Positions 10,513 through 21,014 of a stretch of 64,000 nucleotides of DNA are shown piece after piece. The translations under genes and the position numbers were made by a program. The stretch is from assembly GCA_963837215.1 (NCBI GenBank), contig CAWIML010000009.1:295058-359057 (forward strand). Direction: 5' to 3'. Within the stretch, counting starts at the first letter, position 1, and every line of letters begins with the position of its first letter. The notes beneath the pieces were generated by a model, which was not told the origin of the DNA, made no database searches, and saw only the letters and a list, made by a program, of their open reading frames with translations. This DNA is from an uncultured Chloroflexia bacterium. GTDB taxonomy: Bacteria > Chloroflexota > Limnocylindria > Limnocylindrales > CSP1-4.

Positions 10513-10795
10513 CGCTCAGCCGCGCGCCAGGGCCAGCAGGCAGGCAGCGATGAATGCCACGAGGGCGACGCCGTACTCGACGGCCTTCATGCTGGCGTCC
10601 TGCAGGAGCGGTCCAGGCCTGTGGCTCTCGGCGTAGGTTCATCGCTCGTCGGCCCGCCAGGAGCCGAGCCCGCAGAGCCTCGAGCAGGACATCGGCGTGG
10701 CGACGCTCATCCGCGAGCAACCCGGCAAGGAGCTCTTCTTGGCCGTCACGCGCGCGTCGCCGATAGTCGTCGATCGCTTCGAGCTCGGAGACCAA
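10466..10795 (-). CDS. Small ORF with a TTG start and a ferritin-like helix (ExxH); possibly a truncated or frame-shifted remnant.
   Basis: A strong AGGAGGAGG RBS precedes the TTG at 10795. Only ~45 aa look like protein (VSELEAIDDY...ADERRHADVLLEAL). The tail overlaps the corA start and looks non-coding. Confidence 0.25.
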   Translation of the reverse strand: MVSELEAIDDYRRRARDGQEELLAGLLADERRHADVLLEALRARLLAGRRAMNLRREPQAWTAPAGRQHEGRRVRRRPRGIHRCLPAGPGARLSGAHRGSPLRRGRGGS

Positions 10796-11059
10796 TGCGT
10801 GCCTCCTCCTGGTTTTGTGCGCGCGGGTGCGCGGTAGCCGATCGTGCGGCGCCGGCTATTCCGTGGCGACGACAACCGGGCGTGCAGGTCTTGCGGGCCC
10901 ATCGCAACTGCCTGACGGCGGTTCGCCGAGCTCATCCGCGGCTGCAAGCCAGATGCAATGCGACGCTTGATGGCGGTGGCACCGATGTCGCCACCGCCAC
11001 CACAACCTTGGTTCGTGGCCCATCCCGGGCCGTCCGATCGAGGGAAGTGGAGGAAACCC

Positions 11060-11341
11060 ATGAGCATCATCGCCTGGTTGGTCCTCGGCGCCATCGCCGG
11101 GTACCTGGCCGGGTTCCTCGTCAAGGGTGACGAGGGCCTCGGAGTCATCGGTCACGTCGTGCTGGGCATCGTCGGCGCGCTCGTCGGCGGGTTCCTGGCC
11201 GGGGTCCTGCTGGGGACGGATCCGATCGACGGTGCGCTCGACCTGAGCTCGATCGTCGCCGCCACCATCGGCGCCATCATCGTCGTCCTCGTGGCGTCGA
11301 TGGTCATGCGCACGACCCGAACGGGCAGCGGTCCGATCTGA
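11060..11341 (+). CDS. GlsB/YeaQ/YmgE-family stress-response membrane protein.
   Basis: MSIIAWLVLGAIAGYLAG...GHVVLGIVGALVGGFLAG. A GGAGGA RBS lies 5 nt upstream of the ATG at 11060. Confidence 0.85.
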   Translation: MSIIAWLVLGAIAGYLAGFLVKGDEGLGVIGHVVLGIVGALVGGFLAGVLLGTDPIDGALDLSSIVAATIGAIIVVLVASMVMRTTRTGSGPI

Positions 11342-11354
11342 CCCAGCATCACAG

Positions 11355-11387
11355 GGGCGCCCGTCGACTCTCTCGACGGGCGCCCTC
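11355..11387 (+). terminator. Stem-loop after the glsB-like gene.
   Basis: gggcgcccgtcga / tcgacgggcgccc 13-bp inverted repeat. Confidence 0.4.
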
Positions 11388-11406
11388 AGCCATGCTCGGA
11401 GGCAAG

Positions 11407-11889
11407 ATGTCCACCTTCAGCAAGACCATCCATGTCGAGGCGCCACTGCGCGCCGTCTACAACCAATGGACGCAGTTCGAGACGTTCCCCCTCTTCATGA
11501 AGGGGGTCGAACGCGTCGTACAGGTCGACGATCGGACGCTCGATTGGACGGCCTCGATCGCCGGCCAGTCCCGCACGTGGCGCGCTCGCATCACGGAGCA
11601 GCTGCCTGACCGCATCGTGGCCTGGGAGTCGATCGACGGCGCCCGCAACGCCGGGTCCGTCCGATTCCAGCAGGTCAGCGAGGACGTCACGATGGTGACG
11701 CTGGAGCTCGATGTCGAGCCGGACGGGCTGATCGAAGCGGCCGGCGATGCCCTCGGTCTCGTGCAGGGTCAGGTCGAGGCAGACCTGGACCAATTCAAGG
11801 CGTTCATCGAGGCCCGCGGTCAGGAAACCGGCGCGTGGCGCGGAGCCGTCGGCGGTGCGCCCGTTGCGACGACACGCAGGGACTCCTGA
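11407..11889 (+). CDS. SRPBCC-family protein (polyketide cyclase/dehydrase, START-like).
   Basis: A GGAGG RBS precedes the ATG at 11407. The sequence pattern (TIHVEAPLRAVYNQWTQFETFPLFMKGVERV...) is typical of the family. Confidence 0.75.
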   Translation: MSTFSKTIHVEAPLRAVYNQWTQFETFPLFMKGVERVVQVDDRTLDWTASIAGQSRTWRARITEQLPDRIVAWESIDGARNAGSVRFQQVSEDVTMVTLELDVEPDGLIEAAGDALGLVQGQVEADLDQFKAFIEARGQETGAWRGAVGGAPVATTRRDS

Positions 11890-12029
11890 TCGATCCCGGC
11901 GGGCGCGCGGCTCGGCTGTGAGCCTCCCGCAACCTCCCGCCCTCCGAACGGGAGTGGACCGAAACACCCAACGCCACACAGTGACCGCAGGCCGGCAGCC
12001 GCCGACCGAGAGGCAAAGGAGCGCATGGC

Positions 12030-12296
12030 ATGGACGAGGTCAAGAAGACCTATCGCGAGGCCGAGGAGACGGCCAAGGAGACGTGGCGCGGCATCGACGG
12101 CACGAGTCCTGAGGACAGCGTCAGGAACGCCGGCGACGACGTCGCCAAGCATGCCGGCAATGCCGCCGACAAGGTCGACGACGCTGCAGATGATCTCGGC
12201 GATCACGTCCGAAGCGGGATCGACGACCTGGGCGACAAGGTCGACGATGTCGCCGATGACGTCGGCGACGCCTTGGATCCCAAGCCCACCCGCTGA
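12030..12296 (+). CDS. Small acidic CsbD-like stress protein (88 aa).
   Basis: An AAGGAG RBS lies 8 nt upstream of the ATG at 12030. Repeated Asp-rich D-x-G-D-x-V and (K/D)VDD motifs. Confidence 0.55.
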   Translation: MDEVKKTYREAEETAKETWRGIDGTSPEDSVRNAGDDVAKHAGNAADKVDDAADDLGDHVRSGIDDLGDKVDDVADDVGDALDPKPTR

Positions 12297-12408
12297 CTCC
12301 TGATGTCGGTCGCCGGACGACCGTCATCGGCCCGAGATGCGCGATCAGTGACCGGCGCACGCGTGAGCGCCGGTCACCGCGTGAGTAGGACCAAGGTCAG
12401 GTGGGATC

Positions 12409-13599
12409 TTGGTCGACCGAGGTGCCACCATCAGCTCGATGATCGATAAGGTTCCCGCCACCCACCGGAGCGAGGCCGCCGTCTGGTCCGTGCGGGGCCT
12501 CGGGTTCGCGTTGGGAGCGACGCTCGTCGTCGGCGCTGTTGTCGGCATGATCCTCGCGATGCACGTCGCGATCGTCGTCTTCATCAGCGTCCTGCTGGGT
12601 TCTGCTATCGAGCCTCTCGTGGCACGGGGCCGGGACCGGCTTCCGATCCAACGGGGCGTGGTCATCCTGGGTATCTACGCCCTCGTCGTTACGACCGTGG
12701 TCATCGCCGTCCTTGTCTTCCTGCCGGGGGCCCTGGCCGAGGCCGAGGACGTCGCCGCGCGCCTCCCCGGCGCCCTTGCCGCGCTCGAGTCGTGGGCGAA
12801 GGAGCTGCGACCCGAGGTCATCGGCACGATGGTCCTGTCGCTCACGGACGCTGCCCAAGCAGCGCTCCTGCAGGCTCGGCCGCCGCGGGCCGATGAGGTC
12901 GTGGGCGTCGGCGTCACCGTGGCAGGGGCTGCCGTGACCATGGTCACCATCTTCGCGCTCGTCTACTTCTGGATCACCGAGCGCGCCAGGCTGCAGCGCT
13001 ATGCCACCGCGTTCCTGCCCTTCGATCGGCGCGCCGGTGCCCGGGAGGCATGGAACGAGATCGAACTCCGGCTCGGTGGTTGGGTCCGGGGCCAGCTGGT
13101 GCTCATGGGAACCGTCGCGGCCGCGACCGGTGCGGCCTACTGGTTGCTGGGCCTGCCCTCGGCCATCGTGCTGGGCATCATCGCCGGCCTGACCGAGCTG
13201 ATCCCCTTGATCGGGCCGGCGTTGGGCGTCATCCCGGCGCTCTTCGTGGCGGCCGCGATGCGGCCCGACCTGATCGTGCCCATCATCATCGTCTACCTCG
13301 TCATCCAGGTCGTCGAGGGCAATGTGCTGGTACCCGTGGTGATGCGCAACTCCGTCGGCATCTCCCCGTTCGTGATCATCGTCAGCCTGCTCATCGGCGG
13401 CGCCATCGGCGGACTCATCGGTGCCCTGATCGCGATCCCGGTGGCCGCTGTCGTGGTCGTCATCCTCGACCAACTCCAGGCGCGCGACGTGCCGGTGACC
13501 CTCGAAACGACCGCGGCAACGGCGGACGATGACGAGCTCGAGGCCGATGATCCCATCGATGGGTCGGGCCGCAGGCCGGTGGTGGTCCCGGGACGCTGA
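12409..13599 (+). CDS. AI-2E-family transporter (PerM/YhhT-like).
   Basis: A multi-TM protein with the characteristic topology of the family; 396 aa. The exact start is uncertain (12409 or 12439). Confidence 0.85.
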   Translation: MVDRGATISSMIDKVPATHRSEAAVWSVRGLGFALGATLVVGAVVGMILAMHVAIVVFISVLLGSAIEPLVARGRDRLPIQRGVVILGIYALVVTTVVIAVLVFLPGALAEAEDVAARLPGALAALESWAKELRPEVIGTMVLSLTDAAQAALLQARPPRADEVVGVGVTVAGAAVTMVTIFALVYFWITERARLQRYATAFLPFDRRAGAREAWNEIELRLGGWVRGQLVLMGTVAAATGAAYWLLGLPSAIVLGIIAGLTELIPLIGPALGVIPALFVAAAMRPDLIVPIIIVYLVIQVVEGNVLVPVVMRNSVGISPFVIIVSLLIGGAIGGLIGALIAIPVAAVVVVILDQLQARDVPVTLETTAATADDDELEADDPIDGSGRRPVVVPGR

Positions 13600-13647
13600 C
13601 CCCGTCCGCCTGACCCGATGCGGGCCGGCCGTCGCGTGGTCGGGCGA

Positions 13648-14838
13648 TCACGTGCGAGGCGAGAGCTCGCGTCGCAACCAGGCCAAGCCGAGGACGAACA
13701 TCGCGCCGGCCATGGTGGCCAGGATCGCGAGCTGACCTGGATCACGAACCGCCCCGCGGAGCAGCAAGTCCTGGACAAGGCCCGTCGCCTGTGTCGTCGG
13801 CAGGGTCGCCGACAGGGCTTGCACAAGGGGCGTGAAATGGCTGCGATCGATGGCCAGACCGCTGAAGAAGACGGAGGCCAGGAGGATGATCAGGCCCAGC
13901 TGGACGGCCTGTCGGTCCGAATCGGAGACCAGCGAGATGAGCAGGCCGATCCCCGTCGCCGCCAGGACGAGCAGTCCGAGGGCCAGGAAGACATGCTCGG
14001 GTGGTCCAAGCACTGGCACGCCGAAGCCGACCACGAGCAGGCCGAGCACGACGGCCGCGACGAGCATGCTGAGCGTCGCGAACGCCAGATACTTGCCGAC
14101 CAGCAACTCGGTCGCCCTGATCGGCGAGACCCGGAACAGATCCACGGCACCGCGCTGCCGGTCTTGCAGGATGGAGAGTGAGCTGACGGTCACCGCGACG
14201 TGTTGGACGATGAGGACGAGCACGGCCACGCCGTAGAACCAGAGGATGGTCGGCGGCGTCGGGGCGAGATCGCGGACCTCGGCCCGCGTCGGGGCCGAGA
14301 GGAGCTTGGGATCTGCGGCTCGCGGGAGCGGCTGTCCACCACGGCGAGCCTCAGCCGTGACCTCGGTCAGCACCGCCTCGATCAGCCGTCGATTGGCGGC
14401 CGCAGCCACCTGGTCGGCGGCTCCGTTGGCGACCGTTGCCCAGAATGGGCTGACGCTGTCGTATTCGACCGTCAGGACGGCCTGCTCCCCGCGCTCGAGC
14501 CGTTCGCGACCATCCGCGGGTGCGATGACGATGAGGTCGACCGTGCGCGCGAGTAGATGCGCCCGAGCGACCTCGGGGTCGTCGACGATGCCGCTGATGA
14601 CGATCTGCGGGCCTGCGTCCGGAAGGTAGCTGGCAGCGTCCGTCGGCAGGCCCGAGCCAGCCGGGATGACCAGCTCGGTCCTCAGCGGCGGTGGACCGGC
14701 GAAGCCGAGCCCGAAGATGACCAGCACGAGGAAGGGACCGAAGACGATGCTGAACATGGCCAGCGGTCGACGAACCACGTCCGCCAGCTCCTTGCCGGTC
14801 ACCGCCAGGACGCGGAGGATGGCCTTCACGAGTGTCAC
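13648..14838 (-). CDS. ABC-2 type transporter permease.
   Basis: An N-terminal TM helix, a large extracytoplasmic domain and six C-terminal TM helices. It overlaps the ATPase gene by 4 nt. Confidence 0.8.
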   Translation of the reverse strand: MTLVKAILRVLAVTGKELADVVRRPLAMFSIVFGPFLVLVIFGLGFAGPPPLRTELVIPAGSGLPTDAASYLPDAGPQIVISGIVDDPEVARAHLLARTVDLIVIAPADGRERLERGEQAVLTVEYDSVSPFWATVANGAADQVAAAANRRLIEAVLTEVTAEARRGGQPLPRAADPKLLSAPTRAEVRDLAPTPPTILWFYGVAVLVLIVQHVAVTVSSLSILQDRQRGAVDLFRVSPIRATELLVGKYLAFATLSMLVAAVVLGLLVVGFGVPVLGPPEHVFLALGLLVLAATGIGLLISLVSDSDRQAVQLGLIILLASVFFSGLAIDRSHFTPLVQALSATLPTTQATGLVQDLLLRGAVRDPGQLAILATMAGAMFVLGLAWLRRELSPRT

Positions 14839-15858
14839 GCTGCCGCCGCTTGCCCGGTATCGGAGGGCCCATCCTCTTTGGCCCGGGTGACCAGGTGAGC
14901 GAAGACGTCGTCGAAGGAGGGGCGGAACTCGCGGATGGCCGCCACGGAGCCGCCCGCCTGCTCGACGGTCGCGATGATGCTCGGCGTGGCGGTAGCCGCA
15001 TCGGAGGTCGTCAGGTGGACGGTGCGCGGCCCGACCTGCGTGACGTCGTGGACCTGGTCGTCATGAGCCAGGGCCGACGCATCGACGATGCCCTCGGTCT
15101 CGACCTCCACGACCTCGCCACCGAAGGCGGCGCGTCGCAGGTCGTCCGGCGATGCGAAGGCCAGGAGGCGCCCCTCCGCGATCAACGCGACGTCGTCGCA
15201 TCGCTCCGCCTCGCCGACATACTGGGTCGTCACGACCAGGGTGCGGCCGGTGTCGCGAATCCGCTCCAGCTCGGTCCAGATCGTCTGCCTCAGGAGCGGA
15301 TCGATGCCCTGCCGTCGGCTCGTCCAGAAAGACCAGGTCCGGCTCGTGGACCAGTGCACCAGCGAGCTGCACGCGACGCTGCATGCCGCCTGACAGATCG
15401 CCTACACGCCGGTGCCGCGCATCCCAGAGTTCGAGCGTCGTGAGCGTCTCCCGCATCCGACGCCGACGTCTCGGATACATGAGCCCGAACAGGCTGGCCA
15501 CGAAGTCCAGGTTCTCGAAGGCCGTCAGGTCCTCGTAGAGGGTCGAGTGTTGTGGCATGAGGCCGATGCGCTCGCGCACGCGGGAGGAGAGATCGGTCGG
15601 GTCGCCGCCCAGGATCCGTAACGTGCCCGCCGTCGGCCGAAGGACGCCGGTCAACAGTCTGAGGGCTGTGGTCTTGCCCGCCCCGCTCGGCCCGATGACA
15701 CCGACGATGTGGCCTGGCCGGACCGCCAGCGAGATGTCCTGCAGGGCGACGACATCGCCGAACCTGCGCGTCACGCCTGCCATCTCGATGGCCAGGTCCG
15801 CGTCACGGTCGATCAAGCCGCGGGCATCATCGGACGTGACGGCTGACGAAGGGCTCAC
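14835..15858 (-). CDS. ABC transporter ATP-binding protein; one frame change at ~15308.
   Basis: Walker A GPSGAGKTT, signature LSGGMQRR and Walker B LVFLDEPTAG are in ORF 15061..15858. The continuation GIDPLLRQTIWTELERIRDTGRTLVVTTQY is in ORF 14835..15359. Confidence 0.8.
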
Positions 15859-15938
15859 CGCGTGATGTTCGGTCCCGAGGTGTTGCGGCCCGTGGTGGCA
15901 TCGGCCCGTCCGCCTTGCGACGGGCTATCGGTCGGTGG

Positions 15939-16727
15939 TCACACCGGTGCGAGCCCATCGGGCGCCGCGATGGCCAATCTCGGACGCCAGCCGGCGACGC
16001 GTCCCGGCCGGATCATGGCATCGAGCGGCGTGAAGTCGATGATCGTTGCGGCATCGGTGACCTCGATCCGGTGCCCAGGGGGACCGGCCGGGCAGTAGTA
16101 GGCATCGCCGGCACTGATGATCTCCACCTCGGCCTCCCATTCGATGGCGATCGTGCCCTCGAGTACGGTGCCCCAGTGCGGCTGGTCGCACCAGGCCGTG
16201 GTGTAGCCGCTCACGCCGCCGAATCGGGCCGAGCACATCACCCATGGTCCCATCAACGATGCCTCGGCCTCGATCTGCCCGCGCCGCAGTGGCACGGCCA
16301 CAGACGTCTCCGCCACGGTGATGCCCAGCGATGGCGCCAGCGTCGGAGTGGCGCCGGTCTCGTCGACAAGCTCGAAGCCGGCCTGCTCGATGGCGCCGTC
16401 GTCGATGGCGGGCCCGTCGAGGGGCACGAAGCCGGCGGCCGCCAGACGGCCTGGTGCCCGGAACCGATGGGGAGGATCGCCAGCCGGCACGTAGAAGACC
16501 TGACCGGATGTGAGACGGATCGGCGCGAGATCGTCTCGTACGACCTCCATCTCGCCGCTCAGGATGAGGCCCCAATGCGGCTTCGTGCACGGCGCCTCGA
16601 GGGACGTCCCGCCGCTGCCTGTCTCCGCCAGCTCGACGACGGCATAGACGACCGGTCCCATGGGTGCGAAGCGAGCGACCAGGCCGCCGCGTCGGGCGAT
16701 CCGAAGGTCGGCTTGCGTGAGCCGCAT
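15939..16727 (-). CDS. Bicupin (two cupin_2 domains) protein.
   Basis: Two copies of PHWG...E...GxxxYxPAG (PHWGLILSGEMEV...GQVFYVPAG and PHWGTVLEGTIAIEWE...GDAYYCPAG). Confidence 0.7.
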   Translation of the reverse strand: MRLTQADLRIARRGGLVARFAPMGPVVYAVVELAETGSGGTSLEAPCTKPHWGLILSGEMEVVRDDLAPIRLTSGQVFYVPAGDPPHRFRAPGRLAAAGFVPLDGPAIDDGAIEQAGFELVDETGATPTLAPSLGITVAETSVAVPLRRGQIEAEASLMGPWVMCSARFGGVSGYTTAWCDQPHWGTVLEGTIAIEWEAEVEIISAGDAYYCPAGPPGHRIEVTDAATIIDFTPLDAMIRPGRVAGWRPRLAIAAPDGLAPV

Positions 16728-17039
16728 CAGCGTGCCGAAGTCACCAGCGGGTGGGCAGCGATCGCACGATCCAACATGGCCGATAGAATAGGTGCCAGAC
16801 GCGAGGCCCATCCACGAACGCCTGGTGACCCGTCGAGCGAGGTGCAGCGATGGCCGCTCGGAAGCGCCGTAGTCCACGGCCGAGGGGGATCAAGGGGACG
16901 CCCGCGCCCGAACCGCAGGAATCGCTGCCGACCGATGACGGCTCCGACGAGTCTCGGCCGCCGCGAGACGCCGCGGACGACGAACGATCGGCTGAGGAGA
17001 TCGCGGAGCGGGACCACCCGCTCGCCTGAGGACCGTCGA

Positions 17040-17558
17040 TCAACTCGGGGACGCCGGCCTGAACGTCTCGGTCATCAGCAGCTGGTTCGCGGCATCGATG
17101 AGATCTCGTGCCTCGTGATCGGCGCGGTCGGCGACTGATGTCGCCCGGCCGCCGACCTCGATGACCGTCAGTCCGGCGCGCCGGGCCGTCGCGATCGGCC
17201 AACCCGACTCGATCAGCCATCGCGCCTGATGGGCGTCGCGCAACGTGCGCCACCGTTCGACGGCCTCGGCGTCGTCGCCGTGGCGGTCGGATGCAGGGGG
17301 CTCGAACGGGACGACGACGACGTCCTCGTCGCCGAGGATGTGCCGGGTCCAAGCCACGCGCTCGTCGGCTCCAGCCGGCAGGCGTCGGCCGCCGACGACG
17401 GGACCGGCCAGGACGACGGGCCGTCCGACCCAGCCGAGGCGCTCTACCGCGCTGGCCGTCGTCTCGACGGCCCTTGGTCCGTCACCGGCCGGCTGCAGCA
17501 GGACGTCGAGCGAGACGAGGATGCCCATCTCGCGGACCGCGGGTTGGTCACTCGGCAT
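17040..17558 (-). CDS. Hypothetical protein (possibly a degenerate HAD-like fold).
   Basis: The ORF is protein-like and follows the response regulator with an 11-nt overlap. No confident family assignment. Confidence 0.35.
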   Translation of the reverse strand: MPSDQPAVREMGILVSLDVLLQPAGDGPRAVETTASAVERLGWVGRPVVLAGPVVGGRRLPAGADERVAWTRHILGDEDVVVVPFEPPASDRHGDDAEAVERWRTLRDAHQARWLIESGWPIATARRAGLTVIEVGGRATSVADRADHEARDLIDAANQLLMTETFRPASPS

Positions 17559-18327
17559 GACCCGCGACCTCGGTCAGGGTGACCTTCGGAGAACCCTCGT
17601 CCGGCAGGCCCATCGGCGGGGCGACCAGCGGTGGTTCCTCGTCCACGTTGAGCACATAGCCGATGCCCTGGAAGGTGGTGATGGGACCAGGTTCTCCGGG
17701 GCGGGCCCCAAGCTTTCGTCGGACACGGCTGATCCAGACGCGCAGGTATTGCAGGTCGTCTCGGTACTCCGGCCCCCAGACCTTCGTCAGCAGCTCGCTG
17801 TGGAGGACGACCTTGCCGGCATTGGCGGCCAGGTGCTGGAGGAGCAGCCACTCCGTCCGGCTCAACTGGACCAGCTCGCCATCGCGGGTCATCATCCTGC
17901 GCTCGAGGTCGATCTCGATGTCGCCGATGCGGACGATCCCGCCACCGGGCGTGACGCCAGACGCGCGTCGCATCACGGCCCGCACGCGCGCGGCCAGCTC
18001 ATCGGGGTGGAACGGCTTCGCGATGTAATCGTCGGCGCCAAGATCGAGGCCCTTCGCCTTGTCGGCCGTGGCCCCCTTCGCCGTCAGCAGGATGACCGGC
18101 ACGGGACGGTACTCACGGAGCTGGCGCATGACCTCGATGCCATCGAGGTCGGGCATGACGATGTCGAGCAGCACGATATCGGGGCGCATCTCCTCCGCCT
18201 TGCGAAGCGCCTCCTCGCCACCGCCAGCGGTGATGACCCGAAAGCCCTCGTCGGACAGGGTCACCGCGACCAGCTTCGTGATCCGCGGTTCGTCGTCGGC
18301 GACCAGCACCAGGGGTTGGTTGTTCAT
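17548..18327 (-). CDS. OmpR/PhoB-family response regulator.
   Basis: Receiver domain (LVADDEP...DIVLLDIVMPDLDG...LTAKG) plus a winged-helix output domain (LTRTEWLLLQHLA...RVWISRVRRKLG). Confidence 0.9.
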   Translation of the reverse strand: MNNQPLVLVADDEPRITKLVAVTLSDEGFRVITAGGGEEALRKAEEMRPDIVLLDIVMPDLDGIEVMRQLREYRPVPVILLTAKGATADKAKGLDLGADDYIAKPFHPDELAARVRAVMRRASGVTPGGGIVRIGDIEIDLERRMMTRDGELVQLSRTEWLLLQHLAANAGKVVLHSELLTKVWGPEYRDDLQYLRVWISRVRRKLGARPGEPGPITTFQGIGYVLNVDEEPPLVAPPMGLPDEGSPKVTLTEVAGHAE

Positions 18328-20163
18328 GCTCCCTCCTCGTCAAGGACGTCCAGCGCGAAGCCGAACTCGGCGCCACCACCTTCTCGGGGCAGAGCCCAGA
18401 TGTCTCCGCCCATGGCCCGGATCAAGCGGCGGCATACGAAGAGCCCGATGCCGGCGCCGGCGGCGATCCCGAGTGTCCTCGGCGAGCGGTAATAGAGGTC
18501 GAAGAGATGGTCCGCCTCCTCGGCTTCGAAGCCCGGCCCACGATCGAGGATGCGGACCCGGACCCGTTCCTCGAGGTCGTCGACGATGACCTCGATGGGT
18601 TCGTCGGCTGGGGTGTACTTGGCGCCGTTGCCGAGGATGTTGCGCACGACCTGATCCACGTACGTCCGATCGCCGAGCACCGTTGGCAGCCCGGTCGGGA
18701 CGCTCAAGGTGAAACGGCGGCCCGGCCAGCGGGCCTCCTCCGACGCCAGGAGCGTGGGCAGGATGCGTTGCAGCAGGAGCGGCTCGCTGGCCATGGCGTC
18801 GGGCCGATTCTCCTCGAACCGAGCCAGCACGAGGAGATCCTCGATCAGGCGGTAGAGTCGCTCCGCCTCGGACTCGATGTCCTCGATCAGCTCGTCGCGC
18901 GTCGATGCCGGGAGGTGCTGACGGCGGCCGAGCACCTTCGAGCCGGCGAGGATGGTCGTGACCGGCGTGCGCAACTCGTGCGAGAGGATGCCAAGAAACG
19001 CCTCACGCATGCGGCGTGTCTCTCGGGCGGCGCTGACGTCGCGAACGAGGAAGATCGTCCCGCCAGGGGCTGCGTCGGTGGGTCCGACGACGGGGAAGGC
19101 ACTCAACTCGAGCCATCGCTCGGTGGGCCCCCGTAGCATCAGCTCGACGGGCCCCTGGCGCTCCGCCGCCCCGAGGCGCGGAGCGCGACCCTCCGGATCG
19201 TCGAGGACCGCCAACAGATCGGTGTACGTTCGGATCTTGGCGTGGGCGAGGACCTCGTGCGTAGCTGGGTTGGCCAGGGCCACCTTGCCGTCGACGTCGC
19301 AGACCACGACGGCGTCGCCGATCGCGGCCAGTGTCGCCTCGAGCTCCGCTGTCCGTGCCCGCTCCTGCTGCACGAGGCGCTGAAGCTTGGCCTGCGATTC
19401 GACGCGTTCAGTGGCGTCGCGCACGACTGCCAGGATCTGAGAGGCCCCATGGTCGAGGTCGAGTGGCTGGAGCAGCACGTCGACCGGCCGCAGGTCGCCG
19501 TTCCGGGCACGGAGCACGGTCGGGATGGTCGACAGACTGGGCATCGCCGCGCCGTCGCCGTCGATCGCCTTTCGGATGGATCCGAGGTCGAGCAAGGGCA
19601 CCAGGTCGCCCAGGTTGCGGTCGACGAGTGCGTCGCGTGACCAGCCGCTCTGTCGCGCCGCCCCGTCGTTCGCGTACACGATGCGCAACGTATCCGGCTC
19701 CGCGAGATAGATCGCGTCCAGGGCGACGTCGGCCGTGCGCTTGTATCGGTGAGCAGCATCCTCGGCAGCGATGAGCGTGCTGAGATCGCGGATGAGGTAG
19801 ACATGCGCGCCGGCGCCGCCGGTCGGGGACGTCGAGATCCGGACCGAACGCGGTTCCTGGCGCCCAGAGGGCCGCAAGCGGGCTTCGATGCCGAGTGGAC
19901 GTGCAGACGCTCCATCCCGCAGCTCGTCACCCGTCATCGGTCGGCCGAATGGGTCAGCTCGGATTGGATCGATGGAGGACCTCGTCGATCGAACGACCGA
20001 TGGCCGAGGCCGCATCAGCCCATCCCAGCATCGCCGCGCCGGCTTCGTTGATCTCGGCCACGACCCCCGCAGCGTCGCTGACCACGATGCCGTCGTCCGT
20101 CAACGAGAGCACCGAGAGCAGCACATCATGGCTGTCCGTGGCGATGCCGGTCGTCGGTTCCAT
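18324..20163 (-). CDS. Multi-PAS sensor histidine kinase; one frame change at ~19970.
   Basis: H-box HELRTPVTTI, N/G boxes and GIGLFVCRRLIRAMGGDIW. The N-terminal PAS segment (VLLSVLSLTDDGIVVSDAAGVVAEINEAGAAMLGW) lies in ORF 19954..20319. It overlaps the response-regulator gene by 4 nt. Confidence 0.8.
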
Positions 20164-20315
20164 GGATGACGGATCCCTTCCTGCCGCACGCTCGATGACG
20201 GCCCGCGCGCCGGCTATTGTGGACCCACGGAGGTCCCGGTCGCGGTGACGCCGCGCTCGTGCGTCTTGCGGGCGCATCGCATCTTCGGTCCGGTTCTCCG
20301 GCGCGCCGAGCGGCT

Positions 20316-20747
20316 TCATCGTTGCCCGCCCCGCACTCGATGCAGGTTCGCGCGCGGCGATTCCCTTGGACCGACGGCCGTGTCTCGACGGGCACGCAGC
20401 CGGAGATAGCCACGCATCAGGTCGCGCACGTCGTTCGCTGCCAGGCTCGGGTCGGACCGTAGGGCGTGTTCGACGCGCATCGGCGGCGAGCTGGGATGTG
20501 CGTCCGTGGGGCGGGCGATCGGGGTCGTGCCCGTCGGATCCAGCACTTTGGCGAGCCGGACCGCGGTGTCGAACGACGGCGTGCGCCGATGTCGGACCAG
20601 GCGCGAGATCGTGGAGTGGTGGACACCCGATCGCATCGCAAGCTGGCGCTGCGACATCCGGGCGCTGCGCAGGCGTGCGTCCAGCCAGTCACTGAACGGG
20701 GTGGTCTCCCGTTCCGGCCATGTCGTTCGCGGTTGCGCTTCGATCAT
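20316..20747 (-). CDS. XRE-family helix-turn-helix transcriptional regulator.
   Basis: HTH MSQRQLAMRSGVHHSTISRLVRH. It sits immediately upstream of the histidine kinase on the same strand. Confidence 0.7.
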   Translation of the reverse strand: MIEAQPRTTWPERETTPFSDWLDARLRSARMSQRQLAMRSGVHHSTISRLVRHRRTPSFDTAVRLAKVLDPTGTTPIARPTDAHPSSPPMRVEHALRSDPSLAANDVRDLMRGYLRLRARRDTAVGPRESPRANLHRVRGGQR

Positions 20748-21014
20748 CTTGACGCTCTCGAATCTCACTCCGCAGAGCATCGCTCGACCGAAGATCAGTG
20801 ACCATCCCGTTGCCGTGCCCGACCATTGCATCGGCGTGACGACCCTTCGGGGTCGTTCGAGGGCGCTCAGAGCTCCGCGCTCGTAACGCAGTTGAAACGT
20901 GAGCGAGCGTCCCGCGAGAGCGCCCGCAGCCCGTGCCGACGATACTTGACGCACAGACCGAGATACTCGACGCGGGACCTACAGACCTGGGTTGCCGATG
21001 AATGGAGATGGACG

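Noticed and set aside
10513-10800. Mg2+ (M-box) riboswitch in the corA leader.
   Set aside because: The ~290-nt leader does not show the conserved M-box core elements. Only small ORFs and an RBS are evident.
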